Notes under the pieces: model-generated
What the model was told of the DNA's origin: nothing
What the model saw: only the letters and a program-made list of their open reading frames with translations
Database searches by the model: none
Source of the DNA: Candidatus Woesearchaeota archaeon
GTDB taxonomy: Archaea > Nanobdellota > Nanobdellia > Woesearchaeales > SM23-78
Assembly (NCBI GenBank): GCA_016935175.1
Contig: JAFGRK010000032.1
Location: forward strand, 1,719-65,718
DNA: 64,000 nucleotides
Direction of reading: 5' to 3'
Shown here: one piece after another, positions 29,919 through 38,138 of the stretch
How positions within the stretch are numbered: position 1 is the stretch's first letter
Layout of the letters: each line of letters starts with the position of its first letter
Program-made: the position numbers and the translations under genes

Positions 29919-30080
29919 TGAAAAAGTTGCCATCGGCACCCCGTAGGGGCCGTCCCCCGCCTCTGCAGCCAGCGAGCCGTCCTTCGCTAAAAGATCAGGC
30001 GCGGCTCGCGGTGCAGGTGCTCAGAAGTGCTCTTCTGGCACCGCAAGAGGTTACTCTTGCAGGCTGCGGCAACTTTTTCA
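29919..30080 (-). repeat. Intergenic structured repeat, copy D
   Basis: 13-bp terminal inverted repeat TGAAAAAGTTGCC...GGCAACTTTTTCA; minus-strand core GAGGCGGGGGACGGCCCCTACGGGGTGCCGA, nearly identical to copy B. Confidence 0.75.
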
Positions 30081-30128
30081 ACATCACCCATTAACTTTTT
30101 AAACACCGGCTACTACAAGAGAGAAATC

Positions 30129-30536
30129 ATGGATTTAAATGCAAAAGAGGAGAAGAAGAAAATCATCCAGAAGATATTCTCATTGCTCTCAATAGTTGTA
30201 TCCCTGCTAATCATAGGGACAATAGTATATTCCAGGCTTGAAGGCTGGGGCTTTGTTGACTCGCTGTATTTCTCAACCACAACTCTCACGACCATTGGCT
30301 ATGGCGACATCACTCCTAGCACAGAAATTGGCAAGCTTTTCACAGTCTTGTTTGCGCTTACAGGAGTGGCCATAATGCTTTACTCCCTCACCATCCTAGG
30401 CACCCATTACATCCATTACCTTGACACGCACAAGCCTGCTTTTGAGCACAGGATGAAGAAAGCAATAAAGACCATTAATCCCCTTAGCAAGAAAGAGGAC
30501 GGATGGTTTGTTCTTAAGGATAAGAAGAAGGAATGA
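30129..30536 (+). CDS. 2-TM potassium channel
   Basis: Selectivity filter TTIGYGD flanked by two transmembrane helices. Start ATG 30129. Confidence 0.92.
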   Translation: MDLNAKEEKKKIIQKIFSLLSIVVSLLIIGTIVYSRLEGWGFVDSLYFSTTTLTTIGYGDITPSTEIGKLFTVLFALTGVAIMLYSLTILGTHYIHYLDTHKPAFEHRMKKAIKTINPLSKKEDGWFVLKDKKKE

Positions 30537-30593
30537 TATTCTGCATTAACATATTCCCAAATCTTTAATAACAACTTCATAATTCTATCTGCC

Positions 30594-31406
30594 ATGGCAA
30601 TGAATTTTGTTTCAGTAAGCGGAGTCTCTGAACTGGAGCAACTGGAAGGCATAGGCAGGGTTTATCATGGGGAAAAGATTGGCTTTCCCTTGGTCATAGG
30701 CTACCAAGTTTCTAGCAAGAGCATCAACCAGGGCACAAGAAACCCTAGGCAACCTTATTTTTCTGAACTGGGAATGCTCAATACCTTGACCGAGGACTAT
30801 GGGCTTCACACAGCAGTGCATTACTACACCAAGGATAATGCTGTGATAATGGCAGACCTTGAAAAAATAATTGATGCAGGCATAGAGCCTTCAGCAACCT
30901 TGCTCCAGCTCAACACGCTTCCTTGCTCCTTGGAAGAGTTAGCAAAGATAAATGAAATGGGCTTTAATGTGATTTTCAAGGTTGCAGTGTCCAACAAGCA
31001 GGCTCCTCAAGGAGGGTACGCTGTCTGGAAAGGCGAAGGCGTGCAGGATGTCACAAGCGGAGAAGCAGCGCCTTTAGTCTCCCAGGTCGCAGAAAGGCTT
31101 GGGCTCATTGACTATGCGATGTTCGACCCTAGCCATGGCACCAATCTCAGCCTGGACTTTGACGAGAACAGCATGGCGATGAAGTTCGGAAAGGCAATAG
31201 TAAATAATCCGCAGCTCATGAAGATCGGATTAGTCTATGCTGGAGGCATCAAGCCAGGCAATGTCAGCAGAATAACACGATTATTGCATGCAAGCTTCCC
31301 AAACAGGTTTAGCATTGACACTGAGAGCGGAGTGAGAGCTAATGATGAGCTTGACCTAGGGCTTGTAAAGGAGTATCTTCTAGGGTATAAGAAGGCTTTG
31401 GAGTGA
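30594..31406 (+). CDS. Phosphoribosylanthranilate isomerase-like TIM-barrel protein
   Basis: C-terminal YAGGIKPGNV and IDTESGVR...LDLGLVKEYL resemble TrpF; the N-terminus is divergent. Confidence 0.55.
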   Translation: MAMNFVSVSGVSELEQLEGIGRVYHGEKIGFPLVIGYQVSSKSINQGTRNPRQPYFSELGMLNTLTEDYGLHTAVHYYTKDNAVIMADLEKIIDAGIEPSATLLQLNTLPCSLEELAKINEMGFNVIFKVAVSNKQAPQGGYAVWKGEGVQDVTSGEAAPLVSQVAERLGLIDYAMFDPSHGTNLSLDFDENSMAMKFGKAIVNNPQLMKIGLVYAGGIKPGNVSRITRLLHASFPNRFSIDTESGVRANDELDLGLVKEYLLGYKKALE

Positions 31407-31490
31407 AGCCGCACCTGTGTTGTTATCTGCCCTAAAACACAAGATTTATATAACAGTTATATTATATTATAACCACTATAATCATTATAG

Positions 31491-31691
31491 GTGGTAGCTA
31501 TGAATACAACAATCGCAATCTCTTCAAGCGTAAGGGACAGGATAAAGGAATTTGGGACGAAGGGAGAAACTTATGATGAGATAATCACCAGGCTCCTGAA
31601 TTCTGCTGAGGAAAGGCAGCTGCAGGACTTGCTGATGGACACAACTGGATGCATCACTATTGATGAGGCAAGGGCAAGGCTGAAAAAATAA
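31491..31691 (+). CDS. RHH-like antitoxin
   Basis: TTIAISSSVRDRIKEFGTKGETYDEIITRLL; 1 nt before a RelE-like gene. Confidence 0.8.
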   Translation: MVAMNTTIAISSSVRDRIKEFGTKGETYDEIITRLLNSAEERQLQDLLMDTTGCITIDEARARLKK

Positions 31692-31692
31692 A

Positions 31693-32034
31693 ATGGCACA
31701 GGTAGTGATTACAGAAGAGCTATTCGCAGACATAAAAAAGCAGTTTAGCCTTGCTGAAGCAAACACAATAGTTGACCTTTTAGAAACACTTGAAGAAAAC
31801 CCTAAGAAAGGCAAAGAAGTCGGATGCATAGGTAAGGTTGTGATAAAGGAGATTAAGTACAAGAAATACAGGTTCTATTTCGTCACAGACGGTTTCAAGG
31901 TTAAATTCCTCAAGGTGGAAGAGCTACAGGACTTAATAATCAAGTTCGTCAGGATGTCGCAGAAAAAAGACCAGAAGCAAACCATCGAGGAGATAAAGCA
32001 CGTCCTAAGGATGCTTGGGGAAGAAGGGTTCTGA
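31693..32034 (+). CDS. RelE/ParE-like toxin
   Basis: Small basic protein with LEENPKKGK...IKEIKYKKYRFYF. Confidence 0.7.
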   Translation: MAQVVITEELFADIKKQFSLAEANTIVDLLETLEENPKKGKEVGCIGKVVIKEIKYKKYRFYFVTDGFKVKFLKVEELQDLIIKFVRMSQKKDQKQTIEEIKHVLRMLGEEGF

Positions 32035-32047
32035 AAAGAAAAAAGAA

Positions 32048-32163
32048 TAGCCCTGCCAGGAAATTCGCTGGCTTTTTCTTTCCAGGTTCGAACCTGGGCC
32101 AGAGGATGTCTCCAACTTGGTGTTGCCAGAGTCCCCTATCCTTGGCCGCTAGACTACAGGGCT
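32048..32163 (-). tRNA. tRNA-Gln(CTG) with two introns (37/38 at 32108-32125; 59/60 at 32062-32086)
   Basis: Acceptor stem AGCCCTG/CAGGGCT-A. Both introns sit in strict bulge-helix-bulge motifs; spliced length is 73 nt. Confidence 0.93.
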
Positions 32164-32220
32164 ATCAGAGCATAAAAAAACAGCAACCTTTTTAAATAGT
32201 TTGTTGTTTCAGCAGCTTCT

Positions 32221-32745
32221 ATGGCAAAACTAAGAAAAGGAGTCTCATATAGGAATCTGGAGAGGCCTTACACTAGAAGGTCCAAGTACCAGAAGAAGAA
32301 CTATGTAGGCGCAAGCCCCCATAACCTTATTGTCAGGTATGACATGGGCGAGCTCAAGAGGAAATTCGAGTACAAGTTAGAAGTCAAGTCCTTGGATGAC
32401 TTGCAGATCAGGCATAATGCGCTTGAAGCTGCCAGGAAGTCCAGCAACAGGGTTTTGGAGAAGAAGACTGGCAAGGTCGGCTTCAGGATGAAGCTTAGAT
32501 TGTTCCCTCATCATATTCTTCGTGAGAATCCTTTGGCTAGCGGCGCAGGGGCTGACCGTATGAGCACAGGAATGGCCCATTCCTTTGGCAAGCCTATTGG
32601 CATTGCTGCGCAAATAAGGAAAGGACAGGTTTTGTTTGAGATCCATGTTGACAAAGCCAACATACCTGTGGCCAAGGAGGCTGCCAGGAGGATTAAGAGC
32701 AAGATTCCTTGCAGGTGCCAGCTAGTCATTACCAAGAACGAGTAA
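32221..32745 (+). CDS. rpl10e: 50S ribosomal protein uL16 (L10e)
   Basis: QIRHNALEAAR and HILRENPLASGAGADRMSTGMAHSFGKPIG. Confidence 0.97.
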   Translation: MAKLRKGVSYRNLERPYTRRSKYQKKNYVGASPHNLIVRYDMGELKRKFEYKLEVKSLDDLQIRHNALEAARKSSNRVLEKKTGKVGFRMKLRLFPHHILRENPLASGAGADRMSTGMAHSFGKPIGIAAQIRKGQVLFEIHVDKANIPVAKEAARRIKSKIPCRCQLVITKNE

Positions 32746-32747
32746 GA

Positions 32748-33695
32748 TTACTTTATTCTCTTGCCTATCTCTCTTTTCAATTCTTCAATGCTGGTTATTG
32801 CCTTATACTCATTGGCAAAGGTTGTGAATTCATTTTGCCCTAGCAAATCTGTCTTTGAGATGTAGATTATGATTGGCTTGTCAAAGCTCTTGATTTTCCC
32901 CAATAGCTTTTTCTGGTCTTCCAATGGATAGGGCTCTGTGAGGTCAAAGATGTAGATTATCAGCTCTGCCTGGTACTTGATTGCAAGGTATGCTTGCTTT
33001 TCTATGTTGTTCATCTTCTCAGGCCTTGCAAGGGTTCCTGGTGTGTCTATGAACTGCACTTTATTCTCTTTTATGTCAGCATATCCTAGGTTGAGCTGCT
33101 TAGTTGTGAAAGCATACTCATTGATTTCCGGAGTGCTGGTTGTGAGCTTGCTTAATAGAGTGGTCTTGCCTACGTTTGGGAAGCCTGCTATGCACACTGT
33201 AAACACTCCTGTCTTTAGCACTGGGAAGTTTTTCATAGTCCTCCTTGCAAACTCCAAATATTCAAGGTTAAGTGATATCTGCGCAATAACAGAGCTGACC
33301 CTTCCAAGGTAAGCTTTCTTTACCGTGTCTAGCTGGGGAAACTCATTAGTCCTTGCCATCCTTTGCTTGTGCTCCCTTGTGAGCTCTTTTATCTTGTTAG
33401 CAGCCCACTTGACATTGGACAAGGATTTTTTTAGCTTGTCATAGTCCACAGTCACTTTTAACAGCTCATGGTAGAACTCTGGGAACTCCCCAAGGATAGG
33501 GTAATTTTTGACTATCTCTCCTAGCTTGCTTGCCAGGTTCTCGCCAATAATGCCTATCCTGTCATACTCCCTTGGCCTTGCCTTCTCAAAAGCTAGCCCT
33601 CTTTTCTTCGGGCTATTATGCTTGAGAGCCCTTTTCACAGCTATGTCCAGGTAGGTCTGGGCTTTCTCTACTCTTTTTATGTCTTGGAAGCTCAT
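32748..33695 (-). CDS. NOG1-family GTPase
   Basis: N-terminal helical domain, GFPNVGKT, YAFTTK and DTPG. Confidence 0.92.
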   Translation of the reverse strand: MSFQDIKRVEKAQTYLDIAVKRALKHNSPKKRGLAFEKARPREYDRIGIIGENLASKLGEIVKNYPILGEFPEFYHELLKVTVDYDKLKKSLSNVKWAANKIKELTREHKQRMARTNEFPQLDTVKKAYLGRVSSVIAQISLNLEYLEFARRTMKNFPVLKTGVFTVCIAGFPNVGKTTLLSKLTTSTPEINEYAFTTKQLNLGYADIKENKVQFIDTPGTLARPEKMNNIEKQAYLAIKYQAELIIYIFDLTEPYPLEDQKKLLGKIKSFDKPIIIYISKTDLLGQNEFTTFANEYKAITSIEELKREIGKRIK

Positions 33696-33733
33696 GGCTC
33701 ACAAGAATGAGCGGGGTTATATAAATGTTTACA

Positions 33734-33842
33734 GAAAAGTTGCCGCAGCCAGCAGCAGCAAGAACGAAAATGCTTGCATTGAGTTCTTGTGCGGCTGCTT
33801 GACCGGGGGTCGGCCCCCTTGGGGTGGTCAAGGCAACTTTTC
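33734..33842 (+). repeat. Intergenic structured repeat, copy E
   Basis: Terminal inverted repeat GAAAAGTTGCC...GGCAACTTTTC; core TTGACC-GGGGGTCGGCCCCCTTGGGGT-GGTCAA. Confidence 0.75.
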
Positions 33843-33850
33843 AATAAGAA

Positions 33851-34369
33851 TCATTCTTTAAGCAGGCTCCTGTAATCTGGGAAGTAGAGAGCATTTTTCT
33901 TGTACCACTTAAGGCTCTTTTTCCTTTTCTTAAAGTAAGCTTCGTCATCTATGAGCTGGTAAGCTGTCACAACGCCGTATCCTCGCTCAAGTGCGCTTTG
34001 CGCTGCATCCAGGACGCATAAGGTGGCATTTAATCCCATGAATAAGAGCTTGTCAGGATTCCATGATGCCAGTATCTCATCCAGCTCTGGGTTTGAAAAG
34101 GCATCTGCCTGCCTTTTTGCAATAAAATTATGCCTTGGGACTTTTTTGATAAGCTCGCGCAAAGGGTTGATTGTCTTTCCGTGGTAAACGTATTCTACTG
34201 CTGCTACTGGAATATTGTTTTGGCGGCAGTAAGAGATAACTTTGCCTTGGCTGTGCACAAGCTTTTGGGCTTCAGGCACGCTTTTCAAGAAGTCTTTTTG
34301 CATGTCTATGATTATGGCTGCTGGGTTATGGGCAATATGCCTCAATCCTCTTTTCGTATCAATAGACAT
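33851..34369 (-). CDS. Isochorismatase-family cysteine hydrolase
   Basis: IIIDMQKDF, K..ADAF and GLNATLCV, giving an Asp-Lys-Cys triad. Confidence 0.88.
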   Translation of the reverse strand: MSIDTKRGLRHIAHNPAAIIIDMQKDFLKSVPEAQKLVHSQGKVISYCRQNNIPVAAVEYVYHGKTINPLRELIKKVPRHNFIAKRQADAFSNPELDEILASWNPDKLLFMGLNATLCVLDAAQSALERGYGVVTAYQLIDDEAYFKKRKKSLKWYKKNALYFPDYRSLLKE

Positions 34370-34528
34370 TTTAACTACTATTTAGTGATTAAACATTTAA
34401 ATACTTTTCGGTTCAGAATCCAGCAAGATGCTTTACGAAGGAAAAAACTGCAAACCTTTAAAAACACCTGCCCTTTCCAAAGCCTTGACTGAGCGCGCTC
34501 AGAGAAGCGTAGGCTCGGAGGGTATACC

Positions 34529-35095
34529 ATGGAATTTAAAGTGAATATAGGAGATCCCAAAAGCAAGAGAAGCGTACAGAAAGTTGTTAGCGGCAAAGAA
34601 GCTGAGTTCTTTCTTAAGAAGACCGTGGGCGAGAAGATTTCTGGAGACGCCATAGGCTTTGCAGGCTATGAGTTCGAGATAACAGGTGGAAGCGACTACT
34701 GCGGCTTTCCCATGAGAAAGGACGTTAGAGGCACTGCAAGAAAGAAAATCCTGATAGTAGGAGGAGTAGGCCTAAGAAAGAACGCTCCTGGAAGGAAAGT
34801 GAGAAAGACAGTAGCAGGAAGCACCATCTACTCAAGGACAGCGCAGATAAACCTGAAAGTGCTCAAGCAAGGAGCAGCCCCTCTGATAGAGGAGAAGAAA
34901 GAGGAAGGAAAGGCAGAGGAAAAGAAAGCTGAAGGGGAAGCCAAGGCAGCTGAGGCAAAGGAAGCCAAGGCAGAGGCAAAGGAAGAGAAGAAAGCAGAGG
35001 AGAAAGCTGAGGCCAAGAAGGAAACCAAGGAAGAGAAGCCCGAAGTAAAAGAGCATAAGGAAGCCAAGCCTAAGAAAGAGCCTAAGAAGGAGTGA
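34529..35095 (+). CDS. rps6e: 30S ribosomal protein eS6 with an E/K/A-rich C-terminal tail
   Basis: FEITGGSDYCGFPMRKDV, RKTVAG and QINLKV. Confidence 0.97.
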   Translation: MEFKVNIGDPKSKRSVQKVVSGKEAEFFLKKTVGEKISGDAIGFAGYEFEITGGSDYCGFPMRKDVRGTARKKILIVGGVGLRKNAPGRKVRKTVAGSTIYSRTAQINLKVLKQGAAPLIEEKKEEGKAEEKKAEGEAKAAEAKEAKAEAKEEKKAEEKAEAKKETKEEKPEVKEHKEAKPKKEPKKE

Positions 35096-35176
35096 ATTGC
35101 TACTTTCTAGTGGTTAATTAAGAAAGATTTATAAATCGGGAATGAGTCCTCTATCGAGAAGATAGAGGTAGGTTTC

Positions 35177-38137
35177 GTGGAAAAAAAGAAGAACCAAAAT
35201 CTGGAGACAATTCTGAAGCAAAAAGAAGTTCCTTCTGCTGTTGAATTAGTTAAGAAAATGAGCATCGACTCAGAAACAAGCCAAGAAATGATTCGGCAAC
35301 TCCAGCATCTTGATGATGAAAGAGAGAAGAAAATAATTATCGGAAAAAAAGCATTAGAAGTGGGAGATCTCCACACAGCCCTCTTCGCATTGTCTAGCGC
35401 TGAATTCAAAGATGATAAAGTATATTCTGAACTGGGAGACCGGTTTGTTGATTACGCTGAAAAAATGTTTCATGAGGACCCCTTCATCTACGAAGGAGGG
35501 TATTTCAACGCCGAGATTGCATATAACCAAATTAAGGATGAAAATTTAAGAAAACAAAAACATAATGAAGCGGCAAAAAAAGTTCTTGCCATGAGTGAGA
35601 GATATGTATTAGGAAAATTCAGGTTTTATAAGGACGCGGCAGGGTTTTATCATTACGCCAGAGAAGATATGAAGCTTGTCGAACTCGGAGATGAAGCGTT
35701 GAATGCTGCACTTAAGACAACCGACCGCTATCTCTTCCCAAATGTAATCTTTAATGATACCATGATAATATACGGGCTCATTAACGATAAAGAGCTTTTT
35801 GAAAAGAAAGTAAGGATGACTCTTTACAGGCTGATGGAGCAAAAATATATTAATTTTGAATGGGTCGGCAAATGTCTCATAGCGTCCAGGATGGGGAAAG
35901 AAGATGAAATAGGGTGGGACAAGGACACTTTGGCCAAGATATCTGAGCTTCATTACAGCAAAAGCCCAAAAGATAACATCCTAGGCTATCTCATCCCGGA
36001 GGCCAAAGAGCTAACTGACAGCGAATTAGAAGCTCTTGCAGATGAAGTTTTTGAGCACGAAATCAAAAAACCAAATAAAGAAATCGATCTGGTATTCGGA
36101 AAGAAAGAAGAAAAAAGAGAGCTACAGCAAGCAAAATCCTTGTACCGAAAGATCAAAAGAAAGTTATCTGCCGAAAAACTGAGAAAGCTAGGAAAAAGAG
36201 CAGAGAAAAAGAAAGAATTCTCATTTGCCATGTGGGCCTATAAAGAACTTAATTCTGAAAAAGACATGGATAGGATTGTGAAAAAAGCTATTGAAGACGG
36301 ACAATTCAAAGAACTGCTGTATATCTTAGATGAAAGAGCAACTCACAATAATAAGGGTTTAGTATACGACGAAATAAGGCAAAAAGGGCTTTTGGATGGG
36401 TTTAATAAGGCCTTTGAGAAGAATAAGGTTAGTGACGCATATTTCTTAACAATGCACCTAATGCCTGAGCTTGTAAGGGATAAATTATTGCAAATAGGAG
36501 ATTCCAAGCTTGAAAAAGCAGAGAATAACGGCGATTATGATTATGTACAAGACATCTACAAAAAAGCAGAGCATACCCTAACCGCTGAAAAATTAAGAGA
36601 AATCGCTAAAAAGCTAAAATTATCTGGAGAGAAAGAATTAAGCGACAAAGTAATAGAGTGCGCTCAATATATTGAAGGTCTAGGCCCTGATAAGTTTCCT
36701 CTTATCAAAGAAATTGAGAAAAACCCGCAAAACATACTATTCTGGAATATCAGAAGTTCTATTGAGGATTCTGAGAATTACAGGACAGCTGAAGACCCAG
36801 AACGAAAAGCTGATTTCTTAAAATGGAAAAAAGAATCACTTGAAAGAATCGCGGCATTAGCAAAGGTTAATGACATTTCTAGAGTGGATCAGATTATTGA
36901 TGAGTTTGATCATTATGAAAATAGCCAAGCGCTTATAGATTTCGGGCTTAAGGCATTTGAAAAAAAACAATATGGCTTCAGTTATACGGCCTTAAAGAAG
37001 GCAAAGGATTTCAGGAACTTGCGGAAGTTAGGAAAAGTATTGCTAAAACAAAAGAATTATTCAAATGCGGATTATTTCTTAAAGGCTGCAGGAGGAGAAG
37101 GCAATGCATCACTAGTGTCCAAAGCGCTTAAAGAAGATTTGTTGACTGCAATACGACAAGATATGCCCAAAGGCTTGGATTTCCTACTGAACATACTTAG
37201 AAATGAAGAGCTGAAAAAACATTTTAATCTTGAAACAGAGCAAAAACAAGAAACTCTAGGCCATATTAGCGTGGTTTCTTCCTTGAGTCTGAAAACAGGG
37301 AAGCTTCTCGGAGATTTCAACATAGCAGTAAAAGCCGATGAATACAGGCTGACTGGGAGCCAATCACTAGATAAAGAAGTCATGGTGTACAAAAAATTAA
37401 GGACTAACGACTTATCCATGCCTAAAGTGCTTAAGCTAGACAAGGTAGATGAGTTTTATGTTGGCGTTTTTGAATATTTGCCAGGAAAATTGCTTATTGA
37501 GCAAACAATAAACTCTGATGTGGTTGAAAGAGTCGTGAAAGAAACAAAAAAGATTCAGAGAATTCTTGCAACTAGCCTAAATCCTGATGAGAAAACGATA
37601 TTCCTTGAAGAAGGATTTGGCAAAGATGACTTCTACAGCCATAAAATAGCTGCCAGGTTCAAGGAAAAGATGCGGATTGACCTGAATGAAGAGCTATTAA
37701 GGCCTTTGGATACTTATTTGCTAAGTGAAGATGTCAAGAAATCAAGAACAGTGGTCACTGACAGGAACCCTACTAACATCATATACAATCCGAAAACAGG
37801 CCAGCTGCAGATGATTGATTTCAATGCCGCAAGGGTAAGCCTGCCTCAAGAGGACTGGGCTTTCTTCATAGACGACCCAAGGCTAAAGACAAGCCTAACA
37901 AGGGATGAGATGATACAAGCCTACGCAGAAAACCCACAGGACACAACCACCTTCCACTACATAGCAACCTACAGGAACTTGATACAGACAGCCATGAGAT
38001 GGGTAGACGAACCACAAGACAAGCAAATAAGCTACCACAACCTACAAAGAGCCAAGGAATCAGCAAGAAAAATAGGGCTGACAGAGCTAGTACAAGAGAT
38101 AGAGCAAAAAATAGAGCCGATGTACAAAGGATTATAA
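35177..38137 (+). CDS. Large helical-repeat protein with a C-terminal APH/choline-kinase-like phosphotransferase domain
   Basis: About 680 aa of TPR-like helices, then AVK, KEVMVY, VFEYLPG, TDRNPTNII and MIDFN. Confidence 0.7.
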   Translation: MEKKKNQNLETILKQKEVPSAVELVKKMSIDSETSQEMIRQLQHLDDEREKKIIIGKKALEVGDLHTALFALSSAEFKDDKVYSELGDRFVDYAEKMFHEDPFIYEGGYFNAEIAYNQIKDENLRKQKHNEAAKKVLAMSERYVLGKFRFYKDAAGFYHYAREDMKLVELGDEALNAALKTTDRYLFPNVIFNDTMIIYGLINDKELFEKKVRMTLYRLMEQKYINFEWVGKCLIASRMGKEDEIGWDKDTLAKISELHYSKSPKDNILGYLIPEAKELTDSELEALADEVFEHEIKKPNKEIDLVFGKKEEKRELQQAKSLYRKIKRKLSAEKLRKLGKRAEKKKEFSFAMWAYKELNSEKDMDRIVKKAIEDGQFKELLYILDERATHNNKGLVYDEIRQKGLLDGFNKAFEKNKVSDAYFLTMHLMPELVRDKLLQIGDSKLEKAENNGDYDYVQDIYKKAEHTLTAEKLREIAKKLKLSGEKELSDKVIECAQYIEGLGPDKFPLIKEIEKNPQNILFWNIRSSIEDSENYRTAEDPERKADFLKWKKESLERIAALAKVNDISRVDQIIDEFDHYENSQALIDFGLKAFEKKQYGFSYTALKKAKDFRNLRKLGKVLLKQKNYSNADYFLKAAGGEGNASLVSKALKEDLLTAIRQDMPKGLDFLLNILRNEELKKHFNLETEQKQETLGHISVVSSLSLKTGKLLGDFNIAVKADEYRLTGSQSLDKEVMVYKKLRTNDLSMPKVLKLDKVDEFYVGVFEYLPGKLLIEQTINSDVVERVVKETKKIQRILATSLNPDEKTIFLEEGFGKDDFYSHKIAARFKEKMRIDLNEELLRPLDTYLLSEDVKKSRTVVTDRNPTNIIYNPKTGQLQMIDFNAARVSLPQEDWAFFIDDPRLKTSLTRDEMIQAYAENPQDTTTFHYIATYRNLIQTAMRWVDEPQDKQISYHNLQRAKESARKIGLTELVQEIEQKIEPMYKGL

Positions 38138-38138
38138 G

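Noticed and set aside
29844-30128. N-terminal extensions of the radical SAM and K+ channel ORFs
   Set aside because: They run through promoter DNA and repeat copy D; downstream ATGs (29843 and 30129) fit the family starts.
22386-32034. Possible integrated element between tRNA-Pro and tRNA-Gln, with a toxin-antitoxin pair at the tRNA-Gln 3' end
   Set aside because: No integrase was seen and no convincing duplicated tRNA 3' end; the only match noticed was 9 bp inside a CDS near 20034.
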